This document shows positions 9,784 through 18,944 of a stretch of 64,000 nt of DNA, one piece after another; the stretch's first letter is position 1; each line of letters starts with the position of its first letter. The DNA is from an uncultured Verrucomicrobia subdivision 3 bacterium. Its GTDB lineage: Bacteria; Verrucomicrobiota; Verrucomicrobiia; Limisphaerales; UBA11358. The position numbers and the translations under genes are program-made. The notes under the pieces were generated by a model that saw only the letters and a program-made list of their open reading frames with translations, was not told the origin of the DNA and did no database searches. The stretch covers positions 358 to 64,357 of the forward strand of contig CAISEZ010000067.1 of NCBI GenBank assembly GCA_903884535.1. Reading direction: 5' to 3'.

Positions 9784-12732
9784 TTATTGGATGAACTCGA
9801 GCCGGTAAAACTTCTTTTGAAAATTGGCTGCTTGCGGCTCGGTGAACTGCCAGAGGCCATTGGTGCCGGGCATGTTCGTGGCGACCGGCAGCCAGCCAGC
9901 TGGTGACAATAGATTAGTCGTGGCCTCCAAAACATAGCTGGCACCCGGCGTGCCAGTCAGATTCAAGGTGAAGCCGCCGTTGTGATTGGCGGCGACGCTC
10001 TGAATATTGAACACCGGCAGATCCACGATCAACGCGGCTACGCTGCTGGTGCTGCTGCCATAGACATTGGTGATGACGAGGCTGTAATTGCCGGCATTGG
10101 TTGTGGTGACGCCGGCAAGCGTGAGCACGTTGGTGGTGGCACCGGTGATGCCGGTTCCGTTGGCGATGATATTGCCATTCTTGAGCCATTGATAACCAAA
10201 CGGCGCGGCCCCGCTCGCTCTCGCGCTGAAAGTCGCCGAGTTGCCGGCCAGCACAGTGAGGTTGGTCGGCTGCAAAGTGATGGTCGGCGATGCCAGTGGT
10301 ATCACGCTGATATCATCAAGTCCAAAACCGTCCGGCGGATTCGCCGCGCCGAATTGGAGCGTGGTGCTGGCACCCGTGACCTTGACAACAAACGTAAGAT
10401 TCGTCCACGCCAATACCGGCGGGTTGTTGAGGAAATAAATTTGGTTACCGTTCCAATTAACAAGAAATTCCTGGCCGGCCCCGCTCACCGGATTGGCGAG
10501 CCAGAAGGATAAAAGATAACTTTGCCCGGGAGTCGTGGTCAGGGTTTGGGTCAGCGTGGCCGGCGTATTGTCGCCCATGAAAACGCCATACGTCCCGGAA
10601 TGAACGAAACTGGCACCGCCACTTAACGAACCGGCACTGACCACCACGTTGTAAATGGTCTGGCCCGATACGCCGTTGCCCACCAAGGTCCAACTGGTGA
10701 AACTGCCGGTCTCGAAGCCGCCGTTCTGAACGATGTTTGGGTTGAGGACTTGCAAGTCCACGGGACGGAGTTGCAGCACGGAGGTGGTCTGGTTGGAGAA
10801 AATCAAGTCGGCGTGGTAGCTGCCGGCCGCCAGACTGGCAACTGCGGAATTCAGACTGACAGTCACGGGCATCTGGCCGCCGGCCGCTAGCACGCCGTTG
10901 GTCGGCGACACCGTCAGCCAGGTTGGCGTGTTGGACAACTGCCAACTGAACGCGGCGGCGCCGGAATTCGTCAGCGTATAAATTTGCGAGGTCACGGTGA
11001 ACGGGCCGCCGGGATTGCCGCTGGAAACGAGTCCGCCGGCCGGAAAAATTCCCCATGTGTCCGCCAGTCCGAACAGCGCATTGATGAGATTTGTTCCCGC
11101 CGGCGTGCCCCAACCGGTGCAGAGATCGTAGCCGGTGGTCGCGGCAAACAAACTTGGACTGCTGCTCGAAAAATTATTTCCCATCGTCGTGTCGTGAAAA
11201 CAACTGGCATAATTGGGACCGCGTGCAATCGCGTAAAGCGACGGATTGGCAAAGCCCACCGGCGCGCGGCCCGCCGCCGCCGCCTGCTGGTTCACCAGCG
11301 CCATGAAGCCCGCCCACAACGGCGCGGCGCAGCTCGTGCCGCCGACGCTGCCGCTGGTGCCATTGCCGTAATAATCCTCGACATTATCCGCCGTCAGGGC
11401 CACGTCGGGAATATTCCGCATGGTTGTGGAACCGCTGTTGGCCGCCATGCTGATGCCCTGTTGCCAGGACGGGATGGAATAGGTGGTGCTAATGCCACCG
11501 CTGCTGCCCACGCCATTGCCCCGGTTCCACACGGTTTCCGAGTTGTAATCAGCGCCCGTGCCAGTGGTCAAAGTGGTGCCGCCAACCTGGGTGATGTTCA
11601 CACTTTCGGACGGAAACGACACCGCGCCGACGAATGCGTCGGAGTCGCCGGTGGCGTTGAAAAACGATTGGCCCTGCGCGGCCAGTTGTTTGAAAATATT
11701 TTCGGAGGTGGCGTTGGGGCTGCCGCCGCCCCACGAGGTGCTCAAATTTTTAACCAGATAATTTGTGGCCATCGCGTTCAAAACGTCGTTGAAATAGGCC
11801 AGGTTGTTGGGCGCCTCAAACACCACGATTTTCGCCAGGCCCGGTGCCATGGACATCGCCATCTCGATGTCCAGCGACACTTCGATATTACCGCTGTTGG
11901 CACCCGTCGTCGGTGTGCCGCTGAAACCGTCCAGCAAAACGGTTTGAATGACAATATTCGTCCGACCACCGCCTGCCAACGTCGCGTAGGTGGCGATGTC
12001 GCTGGCATAAAATCCGTCGAACTGCACCAGCCCGACCATCTCGCCCGCGCCGGTCAACGGCGTGCCCGGCACATACGCGTTTCGGAAATCATCACCGAGA
12101 TAAGTTCCACCCGAACCCGAACCCGCTTGCGGTGTGAGCGACCGACTCGCCGTGTCCTGCATCCGCAAATTCGGATGCAGCCGCGCAAAATCATTCAAGC
12201 CACTCACGTCCAAAACCGGCACGGCCGCATTCACCGTCGGCTCGGTGTCCGGCGCAAAAAAATCGCGGTTCTCCGTCGGATGCCGGTAGGTCCGCAACTT
12301 GATGTGAAACGCCTTTTCCACCGCCGCCGCCGGGCCAGCCACGTCGAGCAGCAGGCGGTTGCCATGCGTCGCGACAATCGTCAGGCCGTTCGTCCGGGCA
12401 AAATTTTGCACCGCCGCGTAATCCTGTTCGGTCGGGCCAAAACGCGCGGTGAACATTTCCGGCGTGAGATAATTGCGGAAATTCGGGCTGGCCGGATCCG
12501 AAACCTGGCCGAGAAATTGATCCAACCCCGCCGCATCGCGCAGCGGCACGCCGATGGCCAGATGCAACTGGTTGGTGGCCGGCACGCGCCCGGTGGCCGC
12601 CAGCCGACTCGTCACCGCCGGCACATGGCCGGACAAAGTTTTCAGGGCCGCGCCAAAAACGGGACAGCGGCCCAGCGACCAAGCCACAACAAACGTGGCA
12701 ATAATCTTGAGAAAACTACATTTCGACAACAT
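9784..12732 (-). CDS. secreted sedolisin (peptidase S53) family protease with Ig-like and C-terminal FYRL module
   Basis: A signal peptide is followed by a pro-kumamolisin activation domain (NFRNYLTPEMFTARFGPTEQDY) and the S53 catalytic Ser motif GGTSCAAPLWAGFMALVNQ. A CBM-like segment (VQNGGFETGSFTSWT), an Ig I-set-like repeat and the tail ...KKFYRLEFIQ follow. Confidence 0.85.
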   Translation of the reverse strand: MLSKCSFLKIIATFVVAWSLGRCPVFGAALKTLSGHVPAVTSRLAATGRVPATNQLHLAIGVPLRDAAGLDQFLGQVSDPASPNFRNYLTPEMFTARFGPTEQDYAAVQNFARTNGLTIVATHGNRLLLDVAGPAAAVEKAFHIKLRTYRHPTENRDFFAPDTEPTVNAAVPVLDVSGLNDFARLHPNLRMQDTASRSLTPQAGSGSGGTYLGDDFRNAYVPGTPLTGAGEMVGLVQFDGFYASDIATYATLAGGGRTNIVIQTVLLDGFSGTPTTGANSGNIEVSLDIEMAMSMAPGLAKIVVFEAPNNLAYFNDVLNAMATNYLVKNLSTSWGGGSPNATSENIFKQLAAQGQSFFNATGDSDAFVGAVSFPSESVNITQVGGTTLTTGTGADYNSETVWNRGNGVGSSGGISTTYSIPSWQQGISMAANSGSTTMRNIPDVALTADNVEDYYGNGTSGSVGGTSCAAPLWAGFMALVNQQAAAAGRAPVGFANPSLYAIARGPNYASCFHDTTMGNNFSSSSPSLFAATTGYDLCTGWGTPAGTNLINALFGLADTWGIFPAGGLVSSGNPGGPFTVTSQIYTLTNSGAAAFSWQLSNTPTWLTVSPTNGVLAAGGQMPVTVSLNSAVASLAAGSYHADLIFSNQTTSVLQLRPVDLQVLNPNIVQNGGFETGSFTSWTLVGNGVSGQTIYNVVVSAGSLSGGASFVHSGTYGVFMGDNTPATLTQTLTTTPGQSYLLSFWLANPVSGAGQEFLVNWNGNQIYFLNNPPVLAWTNLTFVVKVTGASTTLQFGAANPPDGFGLDDISVIPLASPTITLQPTNLTVLAGNSATFSARASGAAPFGYQWLKNGNIIANGTGITGATTNVLTLAGVTTTNAGNYSLVITNVYGSSTSSVAALIVDLPVFNIQSVAANHNGGFTLNLTGTPGASYVLEATTNLLSPAGWLPVATNMPGTNGLWQFTEPQAANFQKKFYRLEFIQ

Positions 12733-12862
12733 GGTTCAAAAATCTGACTCGCCTTATCGGATAAAAGCACGCCGCGTTCCAAAATTATTCAGGTCGCGGC
12801 TCGTTCAAAATAATGGGCTTTTCCACCAAGTCAAATTTGACGCGGCCAAAACAAAATATCCG

Positions 12863-12897
12863 CCGCTTTCCGCTTTCCGCCTTCCGCTTTCCGCTTT
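12863..12897. repeat. tandem heptamer microsatellite (CCGCTTT)x5, one unit CCGCCTT
   Basis: Read directly: ccgcttt ccgcttt ccgcctt ccgcttt ccgcttt. It ends 11 nt upstream of the GTG start at 12909. Confidence 0.9.
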
Positions 12898-12908
12898 AAC
12901 TTCATTTC

Positions 12909-13691
12909 GTGTCCGTCAAATTCACCATCCTCGGCAGCGGTTCCGCCGGCAATTGCGCCTATCTGGAAACCGCCGAGGCCCGCATCCTCGTGGACGCCGG
13001 CTTTTCGCCGCGCCAGATTCGCCAGCGCCTCGCCACGCTCGGCCGCACCCCGGAAAATCTCACCGCTATTTTAATCACGCACGAGCACAGCGATCACATC
13101 GCCGGTCTCACTGGCATTGCGCAGAAGCTGAACATTCCGATTTACTGCAACCGCGCCACGAAGGAGGCATTTGAATTTCAACTGGAGAAAAAATTCAACT
13201 GCAATCTGTTCGACACCGGCGCGAGTTTTGAGATTGCCGACACGCGCGTGGACACGTTTGCCATTCCGCACGACGCGCAGGACCCGGTCGGATATTTAAT
13301 CCGCACCGCCGCCGGCAATTTCGGTTTTGCCACCGACCTCGGCCATGTCACCAAGCTGGTGCTCGAACGCATCCGAATTGCGAATGTCCTCGTGCTCGAA
13401 TCCAATCACGACGTGAAAATGCTGCAGGATTGTCCGCGCCGCTCGTGGGCGTTGAAGCAGCGCATCCTCGGCCGGCACGGCCATATTTCCAATGTGACCG
13501 CCGCTGAAACCGTGGCGCAAATCATGTCCGCCGACCTGCGACATCTTTACCTCGCGCACTTGAGCCGCGAATGCAACAAACCCGAACTCGCGCATCACGT
13601 CATGGCCGAACAGCTCCACCACATCGGCGCGAAACATGTCGCGATGCAAATCGCCGCGCAGGAAGTGCCGTGTGCGACTTTGGAATTGTAA
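12909..13691 (+). CDS. MBL-fold metallo-hydrolase
   Basis: HxHxDH motif ITHEHSDHIAG and a beta-lactamase-fold pattern. It starts with GTG. Confidence 0.8.
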   Translation: MSVKFTILGSGSAGNCAYLETAEARILVDAGFSPRQIRQRLATLGRTPENLTAILITHEHSDHIAGLTGIAQKLNIPIYCNRATKEAFEFQLEKKFNCNLFDTGASFEIADTRVDTFAIPHDAQDPVGYLIRTAAGNFGFATDLGHVTKLVLERIRIANVLVLESNHDVKMLQDCPRRSWALKQRILGRHGHISNVTAAETVAQIMSADLRHLYLAHLSRECNKPELAHHVMAEQLHHIGAKHVAMQIAAQEVPCATLEL

Positions 13692-13693
13692 TC

Positions 13694-14512
13694 ATGCTCC
13701 GCCTCGAAAAAATTTCCTCGCTCGACCGGCTGGAACTCGAACCGTATCGCACGCTCAAGCGTTCCGGCGAGCACGCGGCGCTCGGCATTTTTGTGGTGGA
13801 AGGCGACAAGGTTTTTGAGCGCCTGCTGGAAAGCAATTTCACGATAGTTTCCGTTCTGCTGATCGAAGAGCGGCTGGCTGAATTCGAGCCGTTGCTGCGG
13901 GCGCGGCCGGAAAATGAAATCGCCGTTTACGTCTGCGAGAAAAATTTGCTGACCGGCATGGTCGGCTTTGAACTTTACCAAGGTGTGCTGGCCATCGCCA
14001 AAATCCCGCCGGCATTGTCGCTGGAAAAAATTCTCGCCACCAGTCCGCGCCCGCGTTTTTTGGTGGCGATGGACGGTTTGGCCAACGCGGAAAATGTCGG
14101 CGCGCTGATGCGCAACTGCGTGGCGTTCGGCGTCTCCGCTTTGATCGCCGGCGAAACGTGCAGCAGCCTGTTCCTGCGCCGCACGGTCCGCAACTCGATG
14201 GGCGCGCTGTTCAAACTGCCGGTGCTGGAATCCACGAATCTGGTGCAGACCTTGCATGAATTGCGCGTGCAGGGCATCCGCTGCGTCGCCGCGCATCCGC
14301 GCCCGGACGGAAAGGTCTTGTCGCATGCTAGTTTCACCAGCGATTGCTGCCTGGTTTTTGGCAGCGAAGGCCACGGCATTTCCCAGGAAGTTTTGGCCGT
14401 GTGCGATGAGGCGGCGGTGATTCCGATGCTGAATGATGTGGATTCACTCAACGTCAGCGCGGCAGCAGCGGTATTTCTTTATGAGGTGAACCGGCAGCGG
14501 GGAAAAAGCTGA
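13694..14512 (+). CDS. TrmH/SpoU-family RNA 2'-O-methyltransferase
   Basis: SpoU motifs are present: DGLANAENVGALMRNCVAFG, LVFGSEGHGIS and IPMLNDVDSLNVSAAAAVFLYE. The start is set at MLRLEK (13694), 2 nt after the MBL gene's stop. Confidence 0.8.
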   Translation: MLRLEKISSLDRLELEPYRTLKRSGEHAALGIFVVEGDKVFERLLESNFTIVSVLLIEERLAEFEPLLRARPENEIAVYVCEKNLLTGMVGFELYQGVLAIAKIPPALSLEKILATSPRPRFLVAMDGLANAENVGALMRNCVAFGVSALIAGETCSSLFLRRTVRNSMGALFKLPVLESTNLVQTLHELRVQGIRCVAAHPRPDGKVLSHASFTSDCCLVFGSEGHGISQEVLAVCDEAAVIPMLNDVDSLNVSAAAAVFLYEVNRQRGKS

Positions 14513-14549
14513 ACCGCCAAGCCGCCAAGGGCACCAAAACCCAAAGTTT

Positions 14550-15773
14550 TCAACTTGGCGGGCTGGGCGACTGGGCGGCTGAACAAATCTTCTCCGCAAA
14601 ATCCACCGCCTTGCGGCACAGTGGTTGCCAGTCAAGCTCGGCTTGAACGCGGACCGAAGAAGTGGCCGCGAGCGGCTGCCAGTTGGCTACCGGTTCATCC
14701 AGCCAGGCCAAAATCTTCCGGCCAAAATCGTCGCCGTTGAATTCGGAAAATTTCACCAACGGATCATTTTTGAAAAAGCTCCGAACGCTTTTCAGCGGCG
14801 TGCAAACCGTCGGCAGTCCGGTGGCGACGTATTCCACAATCTTCGCCACAAACGCGCAGTGCGTGCCGGCGGATTCCTCGTAGGGCACGATGCCCACCGT
14901 GGCGCTGGCGAGCATTTTTGAAACTTCGGCATAAGGCGTAAAACCCGTCGCCTCGAATTTGAAATTGGGAATGGCCTGCGCCCGTTGCAGAAATTTTTCC
15001 AGCCCGGCGGTGCGCTTGCCGACGAACCGAAAAATCGTCTCCGGTTTTTGCGCCACGACACATTTCACCGCGTCAAAGGCAATCTGGCCGAGGTGATGCG
15101 CGTCGAATGAGCCGTGCATGACCACGACCGGCGGCTGGCCCGCCGGCGGCAGTTGCCCGCGCAACGGAAAAGCCGACGCATCGTAGCCGTAATAAATTGG
15201 GCAGATTTTTTCGCGCGGATAGCCGCGCGCGGCGAGGCGGTCGGCAAATTCATCGGAGATGGCGCACACGCCGTCCACGCCGTAGCGCGCCGGCAGTGAC
15301 ATTTCATAACGCATTAGCGCTTGCACCAGCGGTTTGGGCGCGACGTAGGCCGGCCACGTTTCCATGAAGCCGGTGAGGAGGTCGGGGAAATTCATCACCA
15401 CCGGCACGCCGAGTTTCTTTTTTAATTTCCCGGCGGCCACGGCGGAAATGGCGTGCTGCGAAAAGATCAGATCGAATTTTATTTCCCGCGCGGCGGCGGC
15501 CACCAGGCGTTCGAGAAAAAAAGGATATGCGACGTATTTGAAATTGCGGAGCTTCGCGTAACGGCCCATCTGCCATCGGGTGAACGGATGCAGTTTGACG
15601 CCGAATTTTATTTCCACGCTTGCCGCATCATCAATCTCCGGGCCAAAAACATGAACCGCGTGGCCGCGCCGCGCCATTTCCTGCACCAGAAAAACGGCCT
15701 CGGCCGAACCACCGCCGGACGGCGGATAAAACGGCTCATGCGTGAGAAACGCGATGCAGAGTTGGGACGGCAC
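14550..15773 (-). CDS. glycosyltransferase family 4 (GT-B fold)
   Basis: N-terminal FYPPSGGGSAE motif and a C-terminal Rossmann half with VPYEESAGTHCAFVAKIVEYVATGLP (EX7E-like region). Confidence 0.75.
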   Translation of the reverse strand: MPSQLCIAFLTHEPFYPPSGGGSAEAVFLVQEMARRGHAVHVFGPEIDDAASVEIKFGVKLHPFTRWQMGRYAKLRNFKYVAYPFFLERLVAAAAREIKFDLIFSQHAISAVAAGKLKKKLGVPVVMNFPDLLTGFMETWPAYVAPKPLVQALMRYEMSLPARYGVDGVCAISDEFADRLAARGYPREKICPIYYGYDASAFPLRGQLPPAGQPPVVVMHGSFDAHHLGQIAFDAVKCVVAQKPETIFRFVGKRTAGLEKFLQRAQAIPNFKFEATGFTPYAEVSKMLASATVGIVPYEESAGTHCAFVAKIVEYVATGLPTVCTPLKSVRSFFKNDPLVKFSEFNGDDFGRKILAWLDEPVANWQPLAATSSVRVQAELDWQPLCRKAVDFAEKICSAAQSPSPPS

Positions 15774-15878
15774 AGGCAGACGCTAAAGATTTGGGCGCGG
15801 CGGTTCAACCAGATTTCGCGCGGCGAAATGTTTTGACTTGCGGCGGGGACAATTTAAATTGTGCCTCCGCATTTGGAC

Positions 15879-15954
15879 GGGGGATTAGCTCAGTTGGTAG
15901 AGCGTCTCAATGGCATTGAGAAGGTCAGCGGTTCGAGACCGCTATCCTCCACCA
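15879..15954 (+). tRNA. tRNA-Ala (anticodon GGC), CCA encoded
   Basis: Hand-folded cloverleaf: acceptor GGGGGAT/ATCCTCC with the G3:U70 alanine identity pair, D-arm GCTC/GAGC, and anticodon stem TCTCA/TGAGA with loop ATGGCAT. The T-arm is AGCGG TTCGAGA CCGCT, followed by a 3' ACCA. Confidence 0.95.
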
Positions 15955-16530
15955 TCCAAATACATGGCAAAAACCTGAGCGGTTTTGCATTGCTTGCTTT
16001 TTATTCCCGGTCGGATATTGGGTTCACAATTGCCGCGCCCGGTCCGACAAGCGCGGCAGGCTCTCGGCCAAGTCTGCTGTGGTTAAAAGTCGTTGTGGCC
16101 CCTTCGGCATAGGGCTTTTTTCTGGCACCACGTATTGATTTCCAATTTCTCATCGCTTAACAAAGCAAGGCTTGTGGCAATTTTGGGGCTAGTGTTACTG
16201 ACCAAAGCGGGTGACGTGATCCCCGTGTTACTCACCGGTGTGGAGCGACCAAACCAACGCCGGTGGGTGGATGCGTCGAACGTCGCCGTCCCGCTCATGG
16301 GCTTGAACCGCGACAGCCAGCATTAACGCAAGCAGTAGAGCGGCGATGGTATTCCCGGTGTTTTTGTTGCAACTTTGTAGCAATATGAAAAATTTGGTTT
16401 ATCAGCCGAATTTAGGGGCATTTGTTGCGTCAACGCGGACGGGATTTATTTTACAAAAATTGAGCGCTGACGCTGCCCAACCATCGTTTGTTCCTGTCAA
16501 AATCAACCCTGCCCTCAGCGAAACTAACGC

Positions 16531-17277
16531 TCAATGCGGATGGAGATGATGCAAAATATGCGGCCGCTCCAGCCCATGTGCGAGCATCAGCGGCTCGTCG
16601 GCGAGCAATTCCACGGTGCGCCCGTCGGCGATGATTTGGCCGTGATCTAGAATGATCGAGCGCGGACATAATTCCACGGCCATTTCCAAATCGTGCGTGG
16701 CGATGAGCTTGGTCGCCGGGATTTCCCGCAACAGCGCCTTGAACTCGCGCCGGCCGCGCGGATCGAGGTCGCTGGTCGGCTCGTCCAAAACCAGCATCGC
16801 CGGTTCGCACGCCAGCACGCCCGCGAGGCAGGCGCGGCGTTTTTCGCCGTGGCTCAGATGATGGGTGAAACGCTGCTCAAAGCCGGGTAACCCAACCTGG
16901 GCCAGAGCTAATTTCACACGCGCTGCAATTTCCGCTTCGCCCAGGCCAAGCTGTTGCGGACCGAACGCCACGTCCTCGGCCACTGTGGGGCAAAACAACT
17001 GGTCGTCCGGATCTTGAAATACCAGCCCGACCTGCCGCCGGATTTTAGCCAGATTTTCCGGCGCGAGCGCTTCGCCGGAAATTTTCACTGCGCCGTCGCC
17101 GATGATTTTTTCCGGGAGCAGCCCGTTCAAGTGCAGCAGCAACGTGGATTTGCCGGAACCGTTCGGCCCGAGCAGCGCAATGCACTCCCCCGGCGACACG
17201 CGAAAGCTGATGCCGCGCAAGGCCTCCGTGCCGTCGTGATAACGGTATTTCAGATTGGTGATTTCAATCGCGTTCAT
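16531..17277 (-). CDS. cbiO: ECF/CbiO-type ABC transporter ATP-binding protein (nickel/cobalt uptake)
   Basis: Walker A GPNGSGKST, signature LSHGEKRR and Walker B MLVLDEPTSDLD. It lies immediately downstream of cbiQ. Confidence 0.9.
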   Translation of the reverse strand: MNAIEITNLKYRYHDGTEALRGISFRVSPGECIALLGPNGSGKSTLLLHLNGLLPEKIIGDGAVKISGEALAPENLAKIRRQVGLVFQDPDDQLFCPTVAEDVAFGPQQLGLGEAEIAARVKLALAQVGLPGFEQRFTHHLSHGEKRRACLAGVLACEPAMLVLDEPTSDLDPRGRREFKALLREIPATKLIATHDLEMAVELCPRSIILDHGQIIADGRTVELLADEPLMLAHGLERPHILHHLHPH

Positions 17278-17889
17278 TTACTTCCAACCGCGCGCCGTCA
17301 TGGCGCTGTAAATCCGCTCGGCGCGTTCCGACGCGCGCACAAATAATTGTCCGACCACCGACGACAGCGTCTGCCATTGGAACCGTCGGCCGCGCGTGAA
17401 GGTCCGACTCGCGCGGGCGCGGCGCATCCGCTCCGTCTCGTCCGCCAGCACGAACAAATACCGGTGCATCAGCGTCAGCGTGGTGACAAACAGCCACGGC
17501 ACGCGCAGCCGTTGCAACACGCGCACCAGTTCCGTGAACGGCGTGGTGTTGGCCAGCAGAACCGTCGTGAGCAGACACAGGTTGGCCTTGACCATGACGG
17601 CCGCAAAAATCTTCCCGCCGCCCGGCTGAAACCACATCAGGCCCGCCACGCCCAGCACCAGCGGCTCCAGCAGCACCATCCGTTTCAACAAAAATAAAAA
17701 GGAAAGCCGGCTGAATACGAGCAAAGCTGTCAAGATGACTGCCACCACAAACAAGCCCGCTATCTGCGTGCGCGGCAGCAGCACGACGGCCAGCACCAGC
17801 GCCAGCGCGATGGCCAGTTTTAAACCGGCTGGCGAGCGGTGCAGCGCACTTTGGCCTTGGCCATGATCCATGAAATGACGGGCGGTCAT
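17278..17889 (-). CDS. cbiQ: ECF transporter transmembrane (T) component CbiQ/NikQ
   Basis: Multi-pass membrane protein with the C-terminal CbiQ-like ARASRTF...ERAERIYSAMTARG region. Its stop abuts the cbiO start. Confidence 0.8.
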   Translation of the reverse strand: MTARHFMDHGQGQSALHRSPAGLKLAIALALVLAVVLLPRTQIAGLFVVAVILTALLVFSRLSFLFLLKRMVLLEPLVLGVAGLMWFQPGGGKIFAAVMVKANLCLLTTVLLANTTPFTELVRVLQRLRVPWLFVTTLTLMHRYLFVLADETERMRRARASRTFTRGRRFQWQTLSSVVGQLFVRASERAERIYSAMTARGWK

Positions 17890-17930
17890 TGGCGGAAATT
17901 AATCGTTTGGACTTGACGGAGAAACTTAAA

Positions 17931-17958
17931 GTATTACGTTTTTGACTATTGGTAACAC
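17931..17958. promoter_or_regulatory. candidate NikR operator GTATTAC-N14-GTAACAC in the divergent cbiQO / cbiM-nikR promoter region
   Basis: An inverted repeat read directly in the 101-bp intergenic region. It overlaps a TTGACT -35-like hexamer at 17942-17947. As I recall it, it is one mismatch from the GTGTTAC-N13/14-GTAACAC NikR signal predicted by comparative genomics outside enterobacteria. Confidence 0.55.
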
Positions 17959-17990
17959 TTACCATAAGCCCGTAAGCCCGACAAGATTTT

Positions 17991-18938
17991 ATGCACATCC
18001 CCGATGGGTTTCTGGACGCCAAGACGCTCGCCCTCACCGGCGCGCTCTCGGTCGGCGGACTGGCCGTGGCGGCGCGGCAGGTCAACCGCTCGCTGCCACG
18101 CCACAAGATTCCGCTGATGGGATTGGGCGCGGCGTTTGTGTTCGCGGCGCAAATGTTGAATTTTCCTGTGGCCGGCGGCACTTCAGGCCACCTACTCGGC
18201 GGCGTGCTGGCCGGCGTGCTGCTCGGCCCCGGCGCGGCGGCGATTGTGATTGCCTGCGTGTTGACGGTGCAGGCACTGCTCTTCAGCGACGGCGGCGTGC
18301 TGGCGCTGGGCGCGAACATTTTTAATATGTCGTTCATCGGTGCGGTCGTCGGCTGCGCCATTTACCGGTCGGCGCGAAAAATTTTTCCAGGCTTACGCGG
18401 ACGCATCACGGCGGTGTTTTTCGCCGCCTGGCTTTCGACGGTGCTGGCGGCGGTGACATGCGCCGGAGAACTGGCCCTGTCCGGCACGCTGCCGCCGGAA
18501 GTGGTTTTTCCGGCGATGATCAGCGTCCATGTGCTCATCGGTGTCGGCGAAGGATTGATCACGTCGCTGGTGATTCTGGCGATTGCGCGGACGCGACCTG
18601 ATTTGCTCGAAGCGGAAGATGTCCCGACCACGCGTGGCACCGGCTGGGAATTTCTCGCATTCGGGTTGGTCATCGCGCTGGGGTTGGCGATTTTCGTTTC
18701 GCCTTACGCCTGCGCGTGGCCAGATGGATTGGACAAGATCGCGGCGAAATTCGGTTTTGCCGGCCATGCCGCCACACTCGTCAAGACGTGGATTCCCGAC
18801 TACAAAATGCCTGGCATCAGTTCGGCAGGTATCGCCACAGCCATCGCGGGAGCCGTCGGCACACTCATCATGTTCGGCCTCGCCTGCGTCGTTGGGCGCG
18901 TGCTGGTTCATAAAAAATCCGAAATGGACAAATCTTAA
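17991..18938 (+). CDS. cbiM: CbiM/NikM substrate-capture component fused to a C-terminal PDGLE domain
   Basis: The N-terminus MHIPDGFLD is the hallmark Met1-His2 metal-binding start. About seven TM helices are followed by ...CAWPDGLDKIAAKFGF (PDGLE motif) and a final TM helix. No separate cbiN is present. Confidence 0.85.
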   Translation: MHIPDGFLDAKTLALTGALSVGGLAVAARQVNRSLPRHKIPLMGLGAAFVFAAQMLNFPVAGGTSGHLLGGVLAGVLLGPGAAAIVIACVLTVQALLFSDGGVLALGANIFNMSFIGAVVGCAIYRSARKIFPGLRGRITAVFFAAWLSTVLAAVTCAGELALSGTLPPEVVFPAMISVHVLIGVGEGLITSLVILAIARTRPDLLEAEDVPTTRGTGWEFLAFGLVIALGLAIFVSPYACAWPDGLDKIAAKFGFAGHAATLVKTWIPDYKMPGISSAGIATAIAGAVGTLIMFGLACVVGRVLVHKKSEMDKS

Positions 18939-18944
18939 GCTTTT

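Noticed and set aside
12863-12897. Possible CRISPR array or other spaced-repeat locus, considered for this site and also for 21436-21516 and 8923-8985.
   Set aside because: The repeats are 7-nt tandem units or short palindromes without unique spacers of 25-40 nt. No cas genes are present. None fits CRISPR architecture.
14513-14575. CCGCCAAG CCGCCAAG ... CTTGGCGG inverted repeat between the convergent TrmH and GT4 genes, considered as a terminator.
   Set aside because: The stem is only 8 bp with a loop of about 34 nt and no flanking U-tract, and the right arm lies inside the GT4 coding region. It is too weak to call.
15955-16330. Degraded tyrosine-integrase pseudogene next to tRNA-Ala.
   Set aside because: A minus-frame peptide (...ALVWSLHTGE*) faintly resembles an integrase box. 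The frames are broken by stops every 10-40 codons, and no R-H-R-Y motif context could be found. The evidence is insufficient.
17890-17990. Cobalamin or other riboswitch upstream of cbiM.
   Set aside because: Only 101 bp separate the divergent start codons, which is too short for a B12 riboswitch. The region instead carries a NikR-type palindrome, and the operon includes nikR, so this points to protein-mediated nickel control.
17264-18361. 365-aa minus-strand ORF spanning cbiQ, the promoter region and part of cbiM.
   Set aside because: It conflicts with three well-supported features: cbiQ in another frame, the intergenic operator, and cbiM on the opposite strand. Its composition is Ala/Arg/Gly-rich.
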